NCBI GenBank assembly: GCA_963748015.1
Contig: CAVVHE010000008.1
Coordinates: 64,001 to 128,000, forward strand
DNA: 64,000 nt
From: Terriglobia bacterium
Lineage (GTDB): Bacteria > Acidobacteriota > Polarisedimenticolia > Polarisedimenticolales > JAIQFR01
Direction of reading: 5' to 3'
Below the pieces are notes generated by a model. That model searched no databases. It saw only the letters and a program-made list of their open reading frames with translations, and had not been told where the DNA came from. The position numbers were made by a program, and so were the translations under genes. Shown piece after piece: positions 1 to 8,662 of this stretch; positions within the stretch are counted from its first letter, which is position 1, and every line of letters starts with the position of its first letter.

Positions 1-1116
1 ATCGCCCGCTGCCTCGTCGGGACCTCCTTCACGGACGCGGTGGACCTCGTGCCCGGCGCGGCGAAATGGTACGTGGTCCGCGCCGAGGACGCCTCGAGCG
101 GACACGGCGGGCCCTGCCGCGGCGGGAACGAGGAGACGAACCTGGCGTCGCTCGCGGCCGTGCCCGACGGGCCGTCGGCGATCGGGACCTGGACCGACGA
201 CGCGGGCGACACGGGTACCGCCAAACTGTCGGCGGTGTCACCCTGGATCGCTGCCCCGACCGGCGGCAACGCGGGACCGGGGGTGTACACCGCTTCCAGC
301 AGCGCGGGCGCCTGCGCGGATCTCACGAGTCCCACGCTCACGCTCGCCGATCCCGCGCAGGGCCCCCAACTCTCCTTCGCGACAAAGCACGACCTCGAGT
401 ACGACCCCTACGGGGAGATCCTCGGGCGCGAAGGCTCGCTCGGTCAGGTGGAGATCGCCGCAGGCCCCTCGTACTCGAACTGGACCCGTGTGCCGCTCTC
501 TCCGGATTACCCCGCAATCGTCGATTTCGCTTTCAACGATTGCGCGACGACGCAAAATCCAGGCAACTATTTCACGGGGCCTCGGCCCGTGTACTCGACC
601 TACTCGGCCTCTCTCGGGAACTGGGCTGGGGGTGATGTGAAGATACGCTTCCACCTTTCCGGAGATTACCTCTATCCCGGAGGAAGCTGGCAGGTGGATG
701 ACGTCTCGGTGACGAAGGCGATGGTCCCGAGCGCATGCACGACGACGACTGCCGGTCCTCCGCCGGTCCCCGACGGCGCGATCGTGCCGGGACAGCCGAT
801 GAGGGCCTCGAGGAGCGGCGCCAACGTCGCCGTAACCTGGGACACGTCCCAGTGCCCCGCAGCGGCAATCAACGTGTACCGTGGCGCGATGGGAAGCTTC
901 GCGGCGTTCACCGGGGGCCACTGCGGCCTCTCGCCGACGGGGTCCGCCACATTGGCGATCCCGGACAATTCGTGGTTCGTCGTCGCCGCCACCGACGGCG
1001 CGAGCAGGGATGGAAGCTACGGCCGAACGCAATCCGGCGGCGAGCTCTCGTATTCCGGCGCCTCCTCCGCCTGTCCTGGGATCACGAGCCACGTCACGAA
1101 CAACCCGTGTCCGTGA
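1..1116 (+). CDS. C-terminal part of a large secreted protein: jelly-roll/MAM-like region plus 4-Cys 'DGSYGR' C-terminal domain (5' truncated by window edge)
   Basis: The frame is open from the window start to TGA at 1114-1116. The protein is rich in Gly/Ser/Thr/Cys and has 'LTSPTLTL...LSFATKHDLE...GQVEI...SWQVDDVSVT', typical of extracellular peptidase accessory domains. Its last ~120 aa resemble the C-terminus of the 7533-8468 cytochrome. Confidence 0.7.
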   Translation: MARCLVGTSFTDAVDLVPGAAKWYVVRAEDASSGHGGPCRGGNEETNLASLAAVPDGPSAIGTWTDDAGDTGTAKLSAVSPWIAAPTGGNAGPGVYTASSSAGACADLTSPTLTLADPAQGPQLSFATKHDLEYDPYGEILGREGSLGQVEIAAGPSYSNWTRVPLSPDYPAIVDFAFNDCATTQNPGNYFTGPRPVYSTYSASLGNWAGGDVKIRFHLSGDYLYPGGSWQVDDVSVTKAMVPSACTTTTAGPPPVPDGAIVPGQPMRASRSGANVAVTWDTSQCPAAAINVYRGAMGSFAAFTGGHCGLSPTGSATLAIPDNSWFVVAATDGASRDGSYGRTQSGGELSYSGASSACPGITSHVTNNPCP

Positions 1117-1394
1117 ACGGGCAGGGGCGAGACCTCCGAAAACCTCGGCGGGCGGGAACCCGTTCAACCCGCGATTTCGGGGTCGTTCCGGTCCCCACGA
1201 ACAACGGGCTCGTATCCCGGACCTCGAAAACGTGATTCGAGCCGAAAGTCGACTTCCGACAATCGCTCTCGCCGCGGGCATTGTCCAGTGGGAGAAGCCG
1301 GAACGGAGATTGCTCCGTTTCGTAACGGTCCCGTCCGGCCATCGGCACGGAGCGCCGTCGGCGGACGGTTCCAAGCTGCAACGGGGGGTCGGTC

Positions 1395-3035
1395 ATGAAG
1401 AAGCCGACGGTTCTTCTCGTCGACTACGATCCGATGAGCATCGAGAGCACCCGGGGTCCTCTCGCCCTTGCCGGCTACGACGTCGCCCTCGCGAAGAACG
1501 GCGTGGCCGGTCTCGAGGCGTTCCTGCAGGTGGACCCCGACATCGTGCTGACCCAGCTGATGCTTCCGAAGCTGCCCGGGCTCGACCTTTGCCGGGAGAT
1601 CCGCAAGACCCGGCCCGCCGGACGGCCTCCGATCCTCGTCTACGGCACGACCCCCGCGGAGAAAGGGCGCTCGCAGGCGCTCGCCGCCGGCGCCAGCGGT
1701 TATCTCGTCGCGCCGATGAACCCCGAGACGCTCGTCGCGACCTGCAACGACTACCTGATGGGGTGCGGTGTCGAGGCTTTCGAGGAGATCGTCGAGTCGC
1801 CGGAGCCCGACGGCGTCCCCGCGGAAGCGCCCCTCTCCAGCGAAAGCGAGCACGCGGCGGCCGCGGCGGAGATCCTTGAGCGACTGGACGCGTTTCTTCC
1901 CTCGAGGCCGGTGGAGATCCCTCCGCCTCCCATCGTGGAGAGCGCCGTGGCCGCGCCGGCCGCGGTCATTCGCGACGAGACGCCCGCGCCGTCCACGGTG
2001 CCTCCGCTGCCGCAGACCCAGGCTGACGCGAGCCCGGCGGTCGAGGCGACGGCGACGGCGGCGACGACCGCCACCCCTACGACGACGGCGACGGTGGTGG
2101 AGAGACCGGTGCGTTCGCCGGTCCAGGGGAAGGGGCCGGGACGAGCGGGGGTCCGGTGGACGAGAGTCCTCCCGGCGCTCGCCCTGGGAGCCGGCCTCCT
2201 CGTGGTGATCCTCGCCCTCCGGGGCCGAGCCCTTCCCGGTCGCGAGCCCGGCACGCCGGCGTCCCCGGGCGTCGATCGCTCGGTGCCGTCCGAGGCGGTC
2301 TCCAACGAGGCACAGTCGTCGAACGAAAAAACGCCTGCCGGTGCGGCCACGCAGGATCCCGCGAGCGTCGCGCCACTCGCGGCCTCGCCGGAGCGCGCAT
2401 CCGTGCAACGACTCCCCGAGTCGACCCGCGACGGCTCGAAGCTCGCGACCGATCCGCGCTCCGAATCCCCGAGGGAAGAGCCCGGGGTCCCCGTTCCCTC
2501 CACGACAGCGTCGCCGAGCGTCGCGGCGGATGCGCGCGGCGCGGTATCGGAGCCGGTATCGGAACCCGCGATCACGCCCGAAGCGAAGCCCGCGCCCGCC
2601 GCGGCCGTCCCCGTAGCCCCCCCGGAGCCCGCTGCCGCGAGCGGCGAGCTCTTGAAGCTCCTCTCGCCCGAACTCTACGCAGCGGCGACGCCCGAGCAGC
2701 CACCGACGGCGGACCCTTCTCGGAAGTCCCCGACTCGCGCCGGCGAGCTGGTCGAGCTCGACAGCGTGGACACCCAGCCGGTCGCCAGGTCCCGCGCGCA
2801 GCCGGCCTATCCCGAGCTTGCGCGAAGGATGCGCTACTCGGGAACGGCGGTGCTCCGGATCCTGGTGGACGAGACGGGCAGGGTGGCCGAGGCGGAGCCC
2901 GAAGGCGCCCCGGCCCGCAAGGAGTTCCTCGCCGCGGCCATCAAGGCCGTGCGAACGTGGACCTACAGCCCGGCCACGAAGGACGGGGTGCCCGTGAAGA
3001 CACGGCTCACCGTGCAAGTCGTCTTCCAGCCCTGA
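1395..3035 (+). CDS. Atypical receiver domain + TM + Pro/Ala-rich linker + TonB C-terminal domain protein
   Basis: N-terminus 'VLLVDYD...PDIVLTQLMLPKLPGLDLCREIR' has the REC fold. Hydrophobic segment 'VLPALALGAGLLVVILAL'. C-terminus 'PAYPELARRMRYSGTAVLRILVDETGRV...AVRTWTYSPATKDGVPVKTRLTVQVVF' is TonB_C. Confidence 0.85.
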   Translation: MKKPTVLLVDYDPMSIESTRGPLALAGYDVALAKNGVAGLEAFLQVDPDIVLTQLMLPKLPGLDLCREIRKTRPAGRPPILVYGTTPAEKGRSQALAAGASGYLVAPMNPETLVATCNDYLMGCGVEAFEEIVESPEPDGVPAEAPLSSESEHAAAAAEILERLDAFLPSRPVEIPPPPIVESAVAAPAAVIRDETPAPSTVPPLPQTQADASPAVEATATAATTATPTTTATVVERPVRSPVQGKGPGRAGVRWTRVLPALALGAGLLVVILALRGRALPGREPGTPASPGVDRSVPSEAVSNEAQSSNEKTPAGAATQDPASVAPLAASPERASVQRLPESTRDGSKLATDPRSESPREEPGVPVPSTTASPSVAADARGAVSEPVSEPAITPEAKPAPAAAVPVAPPEPAAASGELLKLLSPELYAAATPEQPPTADPSRKSPTRAGELVELDSVDTQPVARSRAQPAYPELARRMRYSGTAVLRILVDETGRVAEAEPEGAPARKEFLAAAIKAVRTWTYSPATKDGVPVKTRLTVQVVFQP

Positions 3036-3215
3036 TTCCCGCGGGCAGCGCGCTTCGCCCCGCCCGGCGGCGGGCGCCTTGAACTCCTCCCGAGGCCGGG
3101 AGAGAATGTTCGGGGGGCCGGGCGCCGGGGTCGGGTAGCAGCCCGACACCGCCAATTCAACCTAACGATCGCGTCCCGCGTCGGGCGACCGGCGAAGGGG
3201 CGAGGAGTCATACGA

Positions 3216-4271
3216 ATGCGTCGCTGGATCATGAGCGTCGTCGCGGTCTCCGCGGCGTGCGCGGCGTTGTCGCCGCGCGCGTTCGCGCAGGTCAACATCC
3301 CTCGCGAGGCGCGGGCGGGGGAATCGCACCTCGCGAACCTCCGGCAGCTCACGGACGAGGGCACGCAGGCGGAGGCCTACTTCAGCCGCGACGGGAAGTG
3401 GATCACCTTCCAGGCCACGCGCGGCGATCACCCGTGCGACCTGCAGTACGTGATGCGCGTCGACGGGACCGGCCTTCGCCGGATCTCGCCGGCCGGGGGC
3501 AAGTCCACCTGCGGCTGGTTCCTGAAGGACGGGAAGCACCTCTTCTTCGCCTCGACCCACGCGCAGGGGGACGCCTGCCCGCCGCGTCCCGACCCCTCCA
3601 AGGGGTACGTGTGGGGGATCGACCCCTTCGACTTCTACACCGTCGCCCGCGACGGCAGCGACCTGCGCCGGCTCACCAGCTACGGCGTCTACACCGCCGA
3701 AGGCACCCTCTCCCCCGACGGGAAGCGCATCGTCTTCACCTCCCTCAAGGACGGCGACCTCGACATCTACACGATGAACGTGGACGGCACCGACGTGCGC
3801 CGCCTCACGACCGCGCCCGGATACGACGGCGGCCCGTGGTGGTCGCCGGACGGCAAGAGGATCGTGTATCGCGCCTATCATCCGACCGATCCGGCCGAGC
3901 TCGAGGACTACCGGGCGCTGCTCGCCCAGCGAGTCATCCGCCCGAACAAGATGGAGCTCTGGGTCATGAACGCCGACGGGAGCGATCAGCGGCAGATCAC
4001 CCGACTCGGCGGCGCCAACTTCGGCCCGTCGTGGACGCCGGACGGCAAGCTGATCATCTTCTCGTCGAACCACAAAAACCCGCGCAGCGCCAACTTCGAT
4101 CTCTACCTCGTCGCGCCCGACGGCACCGGCCTCACCCAGCTCACGAACGACGAGGGCTTCGACGGGTTCCCGATGTTCAGCCCCAACGGCAAGAAGCTGA
4201 TCTGGGGCTCTGGGCGCAACGCCAAGGGCGAGCGCAACGTCAACCTGTTCATCGCCGACTGGCGGCCGTAG
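3216..4271 (+). CDS. Secreted TolB-like PD40 beta-propeller protein
   Basis: RBS GAGGAG, signal peptide, and repeated 'xSPDGKxIxF' motifs (FSRDGKWITF, LSPDGKRIVF, WSPDGKRIVY, WTPDGKLIIF, FSPNGKKLIW). Confidence 0.9.
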   Translation: MRRWIMSVVAVSAACAALSPRAFAQVNIPREARAGESHLANLRQLTDEGTQAEAYFSRDGKWITFQATRGDHPCDLQYVMRVDGTGLRRISPAGGKSTCGWFLKDGKHLFFASTHAQGDACPPRPDPSKGYVWGIDPFDFYTVARDGSDLRRLTSYGVYTAEGTLSPDGKRIVFTSLKDGDLDIYTMNVDGTDVRRLTTAPGYDGGPWWSPDGKRIVYRAYHPTDPAELEDYRALLAQRVIRPNKMELWVMNADGSDQRQITRLGGANFGPSWTPDGKLIIFSSNHKNPRSANFDLYLVAPDGTGLTQLTNDEGFDGFPMFSPNGKKLIWGSGRNAKGERNVNLFIADWRP

Positions 4272-4345
4272 CCAGGGCCGTCCCCGCCGCGACGGGCGCG
4301 CTCCTCGCGGTGTATCGTTACCCCCGATCATCCGTGGGAGCGAGC

Positions 4346-6175
4346 ATGAGAGCAGTCATGCGCAGGTCCGTTTCGGCGCGCTCGCGCGCGGCGGTCTGCG
4401 TTCTGGCGCTTGCGACATGGGTGGGTTGCTCCGGCAGCGGAGCGCCGGCCCCGCCAGCTTCCGCGTCGCGCGAGCCACGAGCGGCGAAGGCAGGCGGAGC
4501 GCCGTCGGTTCTCCTCGTCACGATCGACACGTGGCGATGGGACCATCTCGGGGCAAGCGCCCAGGGAAAGGTCGAAACGCCCAACCTGGACCGGCTCGCA
4601 GCGGAGGGGACGTATCTGCGGAGGATCCAGAGCACCTGCCCGCTCACCACGCCCGCCCACGCTTCGATCCTGACCGGCCTCCCGCCTCTCGGGCACGGGA
4701 TCCGGGACAACCAGCACTTCTCGCTGAAGCCGGGAGTGACGACGCTCGCGGAGAAGTTCAAGGAGCGCGGCTACCGCACCGGCGCCGTGATCTCCGGCGC
4801 GCCGCTCCGGAGGACCTACGGCCTCGACCGCGGGTTCGACCACTACGACGACCAGGGGCTCGGGATCGAGGGCGACAACGCGATCACGCCGTCCTCCCGG
4901 CCGGCAGAGGTGACGACGGCGCGGGCGCTCGAATGGCTAGGGAAGCAGCCGCGGGACGCGCGCCTCTTCCTGTGGGTCCACTACTACGATCCCCACGAGC
5001 CTTATCTGCCCCCCTCTCCTTTCTTCGACCGGTACCCCGGAAGGCCGTACGCGGGGGAGGTCGCCTACGTGGACGCGCAGCTCGCGCCGCTGCTCGAGCG
5101 CGCGCGATCGGATGCGTCGAGACCGTGGGTCGTCGCGGTGACCGGCGATCACGGGGAAGGGCTGGGGGATCACGGCGAGAGGACGCACGGGATCCTTCTG
5201 TACGGGTCGACGACGGAGGTCCCGCTCATTCTCTGGCCGGCGCGCGGGCCGGCGGCGGGCGCCGCCCCTTTCGGTCTCGTGGACGTCGCGCCGACGCTCT
5301 GCGACCTCGCCGGCGTGCGCCGCTTCGTCGGCGAGGGCGTCTCGGTTTTTTCCGGCGCGCCCGCGGACCGCTGGCTCGCCGCGGAGACGGTCTACCCGGC
5401 CCTGGGCTACGGCCTGAACCCGGCGTCCCTCCTGCGGAGGGGGAGCCTGGTCTACCTCGAGCACGGGAGCCCGGAGGTCTACGACCTCGCCTCCGATGCG
5501 GGCCAGGCGACGGACCTGGCCGCCTCGGACCGCGGCCGCGAGTTCGCCCGCCGCGCGCTCGTCGAGAAGGAGAGGCTCCTCGGATCCGAGCTCGACGCGA
5601 CCGAGCGGACGCTCTCGCTCTCGAGAGGGGAGACGGAGGCTCTGAGATCGCTCGGCTACGTCGAGGGGCCGCGGACGGCCCGTCGGGCGCTCAGGAGAGT
5701 GGACCTTCGCCGCTTCGCGGCGGACCTGTCGAGGCTCGACGAGGCGCGGCGGCTGTTCTCGGCCCGGCGCCACGCGGAAGCCCTGCGGGTCTACGACGCG
5801 TTCGTCGGCGCGTATCCCGACTCCGCGATGGCTCACCAGGAGCGGGGACAGGTCCTCGCCGCGATGGGAAACGGCGCCGAGGCCGCGCGCGCCTTCGGCA
5901 AGGCGCTCGCCCTAGATCCGGCCGACGCGATCTCCGCCCTCGACCTCGGCAACCTCGCCGCGGCCCGCGGCGACTATGCGGTGGCCGAGTCCTTCTTCCG
6001 CCGGTCTCTCTCGATCGAGGAGGGACAGCCGGAGGCGCACCTCAATCTCGCGCTTCTCTATCTCCACTACCTGAAGCGTCCGAAGGAGGCGAAGGCTCAC
6101 TTCGAGCGATTCCTCCAACTCGCTCCGGACGATCGGGAGGCGCCGGAAGTCCGGCGTCTCGCCGCCGGGCTCTGA
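4346..6175 (+). CDS. Sulfatase-like hydrolase/transferase with C-terminal TPR repeats (possible lipoprotein)
   Basis: ATG 4346 follows GGGAG. Motifs 'VLLVTIDTWRWDHLG', 'CPLTTPAHASILTG', 'FLWVHYYDPHEPY', 'GDHGEGLGDHGERTHG', then TPR helices at the C-terminus. Confidence 0.88.
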   Translation: MRAVMRRSVSARSRAAVCVLALATWVGCSGSGAPAPPASASREPRAAKAGGAPSVLLVTIDTWRWDHLGASAQGKVETPNLDRLAAEGTYLRRIQSTCPLTTPAHASILTGLPPLGHGIRDNQHFSLKPGVTTLAEKFKERGYRTGAVISGAPLRRTYGLDRGFDHYDDQGLGIEGDNAITPSSRPAEVTTARALEWLGKQPRDARLFLWVHYYDPHEPYLPPSPFFDRYPGRPYAGEVAYVDAQLAPLLERARSDASRPWVVAVTGDHGEGLGDHGERTHGILLYGSTTEVPLILWPARGPAAGAAPFGLVDVAPTLCDLAGVRRFVGEGVSVFSGAPADRWLAAETVYPALGYGLNPASLLRRGSLVYLEHGSPEVYDLASDAGQATDLAASDRGREFARRALVEKERLLGSELDATERTLSLSRGETEALRSLGYVEGPRTARRALRRVDLRRFAADLSRLDEARRLFSARRHAEALRVYDAFVGAYPDSAMAHQERGQVLAAMGNGAEAARAFGKALALDPADAISALDLGNLAAARGDYAVAESFFRRSLSIEEGQPEAHLNLALLYLHYLKRPKEAKAHFERFLQLAPDDREAPEVRRLAAGL

Positions 6176-6177
6176 GC

Positions 6178-7125
6178 ATGGTGCGCCGGCTCAGGAGACG
6201 ACCGTGGTGGCCCGGCCTCTCGATCGTCCTCCTCGCGACCCTCGCGGCCTGCGCCGTTCCTCCACCACCGCCTGCGCAGGTCCCGGCCGGCGAGGCGCGC
6301 CTGGCGGTGACGATCGACGATCTTCCCTGGCAGCGCGACGACGTTCCCGACCGGTTAGAGGCCACGGAGCGGATCCTGCGGGCCCTCGAGGACGAGGGAG
6401 CGCCCGCCACCGGGTTCGTCATCTGCTCGCACATCCGCCCCGGCGAGCCGATCCTGGAGAAGTGGCTCGAGGCCGGCATGGACCTCGGCAATCACACCGA
6501 CGCCCATCTCGACCTCAACAAGGCCGACCTCGCGTCGTGGCTCGACGACGTCTCCCGCTGCAACGTCACGCTGGAGAAGATCACCGGCAAACCCGTGCAT
6601 TGGTTCCGCTATCCGATGCTGCACCAGGGTCCCGACGCCGCGCGGCGGGACGCGGCCGCCGCGCGGGTCCGCGAGCTGGGACTTACGGTCGCTCACGTCT
6701 CGATCGACAACGTCGAGTGGCGCCTGGCCGCCTGGTACGGCGAGGCCGCCAAGCAGGGGAACGCGGCGCGGAAGGCCGCCATCGCGAGCGCCTACCGCGA
6801 GCACATCGTGGCCGCGGCGCGTCATTACCAGGAGGAGGCGAGGCGGAGGACGGGACGCGACGTCGCCCACGTCCTGCTCCTGCACGCGAACGCGCTCGCG
6901 GCCGATCACCTCGCGGAGGCACTCGCCGATCTGAAGCGGGCCGGATTCCGGTTCGTCACGCTCGAGGAGGCGCTGGCCGATCCCGTGTATCGCCTCCCCG
7001 ACCGTTACCTCGGTCCGTGGGGAATCTCCTTCCTCGAGAGGCTCGATCCCCCCACGAAGAACTCGGAGTGGATCGACGAGCAGGACGCGATGCTGGCGAA
7101 GCGCCTGGCGCCATCCGGTTCCTGA
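6178..7125 (+). CDS. Polysaccharide deacetylase family (CE4) lipoprotein
   Basis: Lipobox LAAC. Motifs 'AVTIDDLP', 'LGNHTDAH', 'WFRYPMLH', 'VLLLHAN'. ATG is 2 nt after the upstream stop. Confidence 0.88.
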   Translation: MVRRLRRRPWWPGLSIVLLATLAACAVPPPPPAQVPAGEARLAVTIDDLPWQRDDVPDRLEATERILRALEDEGAPATGFVICSHIRPGEPILEKWLEAGMDLGNHTDAHLDLNKADLASWLDDVSRCNVTLEKITGKPVHWFRYPMLHQGPDAARRDAAAARVRELGLTVAHVSIDNVEWRLAAWYGEAAKQGNAARKAAIASAYREHIVAAARHYQEEARRRTGRDVAHVLLLHANALAADHLAEALADLKRAGFRFVTLEEALADPVYRLPDRYLGPWGISFLERLDPPTKNSEWIDEQDAMLAKRLAPSGS

Positions 7126-7382
7126 TCGCGTAAGATCGGCACGACGGCGGGCACGACCGGGAAGAAACTCCGCGCCGTTTGGTCCGACGCACGTCTGATC
7201 TGTTTGCTGCCTCGGGCCGTTTCGAGCCTATCGCACTCGATGATTCCACCCTGACCTCCGCTCGCGAATGGGTGGCCGGAGGAGTTCGATTCGATTCGCG
7301 CTCCGATTCCGGTTTCCGCCCCCCGCTCCTTGCAATTACGGACAGTTCTTGGCGCATTTCGTTCTTTCGGCCGCGTACCTCA

Positions 7383-7398
7383 TGGCATCGGCGTTGCA
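7383..7398 (+). promoter_or_regulatory. Putative sigma-54 (-24/-12) promoter
   Basis: TGGCATCGGCGTTGCA matches TGGCAC-N5-TTGCW with one mismatch and exact GG-N10-GC spacing. It lies 135 nt upstream of the cytochrome start in a ~400-bp intergenic region. Confidence 0.65.
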
Positions 7399-7532
7399 AT
7401 CGCGCTGACGAGTCGGAGCATCATCCGCACGAGGCGGTGGGCCACGAGCACCGCGGTCCCGACGGAGTCCTCGAGGAAATTTCTGCTCCGCGCCGGCAAG
7501 GGAGGCGCGGATGGGACGAGGGAGAAGAGACG

Positions 7533-8468
7533 ATGACCGTGAGACGTACGCTGACCTTCGGGTTCTTTGTCGCGCTCGCCGCGCTGGTCTGCAGCGGCGC
7601 AGCGCTCGCCTACACTCAGTACAACGACGGTTGCCAGTCGTGCCACGGCGCCTTCACGGACTCCACCTCCACGAAGGGGAGCACGTTCCCCGGCAACGAC
7701 AAGCACGCGATGCATCGGTCGGCGCAAAACATGGACACCACCTGCGGCCTCTGTCACCGCTCGGACGACGGCAACAACCCCTTCATGGCGTCCTCGGACG
7801 GCGCCGGGACCGTCAACGGCCTCGGTTGCGTCGGTTGCCACGAGCCCCTCGGGCTCCGGCGCCACCACGACATCAACGGCGTGAGCGAGTGCGTGGGCTG
7901 CCACTCCAACGACGGGACGCCTCCGCCGGAGAGCCAGCAGCCGTACTACTACGGCACCACGGAAACCAAGGCGAACAACACCTGTAACCTCACCGCTACG
8001 ACCAGCCTCAACGAGAACTGGACGGTCAACTGCTGCGCCGGCCTCGACAACGACGGCGATGGTCTCTACGACGCGGCGGATCCGGATTGCGCCACGGCCA
8101 CGTCGACGCCGGGAGAGGCCGGCGCGACGGCGACCCTGCTCGTCACGGCCTACGACAAGGGCACCCAGGCCGTGACGATCAGCTTCGGCACCGCCTGCTC
8201 CGCGACGAACAACGTCGTGGAGTACGGCCCGCTCGCGAGCGTCTCGACGTACGGTTACGGCGGGCAGGTCTGCAACGTCGGCAACACCGGCGCCGCGACG
8301 TTCACCGCTCCTTCTGCCTCCTCCTTCTTCCTCGTCGTCGCGAGAAACACGACGAAGGAAGGCTCGTACGGCCGGCGAAGGACGGGCGCGACCCTCGCGG
8401 AGCGGCCGGAGGACGCCTCGAGCCCGACCTGCCCGGTGCCGCAGGATCTGACGCTGCGCTGCGACTGA
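7533..8468 (+). CDS. Secreted tetraheme c-type cytochrome with Ca-binding-like motif and 4-Cys 'EGSYGR' C-terminal domain
   Basis: Signal peptide ending AALA. Four CxxCH motifs (CQSCH, CGLCH, CVGCH, CVGCH) and 'GLDNDGDGLYDAADPDC'. Confidence 0.85.
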   Translation: MTVRRTLTFGFFVALAALVCSGAALAYTQYNDGCQSCHGAFTDSTSTKGSTFPGNDKHAMHRSAQNMDTTCGLCHRSDDGNNPFMASSDGAGTVNGLGCVGCHEPLGLRRHHDINGVSECVGCHSNDGTPPPESQQPYYYGTTETKANNTCNLTATTSLNENWTVNCCAGLDNDGDGLYDAADPDCATATSTPGEAGATATLLVTAYDKGTQAVTISFGTACSATNNVVEYGPLASVSTYGYGGQVCNVGNTGAATFTAPSASSFFLVVARNTTKEGSYGRRRTGATLAERPEDASSPTCPVPQDLTLRCD

Positions 8469-8492
8469 TTCCCGCCCCAACGACTCGTTCCT

Positions 8493-8535
8493 GCCGGCCG
8501 CCGTCGTCGCTCGACACGGCGGCCGGCTTCGTTCC
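8493..8535 (+). terminator. Possible intrinsic terminator
   Basis: 12-bp stem GCCGGCCGCCGT/ACGGCGGCCGGC followed by TTCGTTCC, 25 nt after the cytochrome stop. The U-tract is weak. Confidence 0.4.
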
Positions 8536-8583
8536 TGCCCCCCCGTTCCCGCGGTGCCGGCGCCGCGGCATCGTCGCGCGAAC

Positions 8584-8612
8584 TTGACCCTCCCCGTGCA
8601 GCGCCGGATAAT
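8584..8612 (+). promoter_or_regulatory. Putative sigma-70 promoter
   Basis: TTGACC-N17-GATAAT, ~50 nt upstream of ATG 8663. Confidence 0.5.
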
Positions 8613-8662
8613 CGAAGTACATTCGTGAAGTCTTCGCACGCGGCGAAGAAACGGAGGTCGTC

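Noticed and set aside
7405..7500. c-di-GMP/cGAMP (GEMM-I) riboswitch in the cytochrome leader
   Set aside because: Stems are present, but the GxxAAA/GNRA tetraloop and GCAAAGC receptor consensus cannot be matched.
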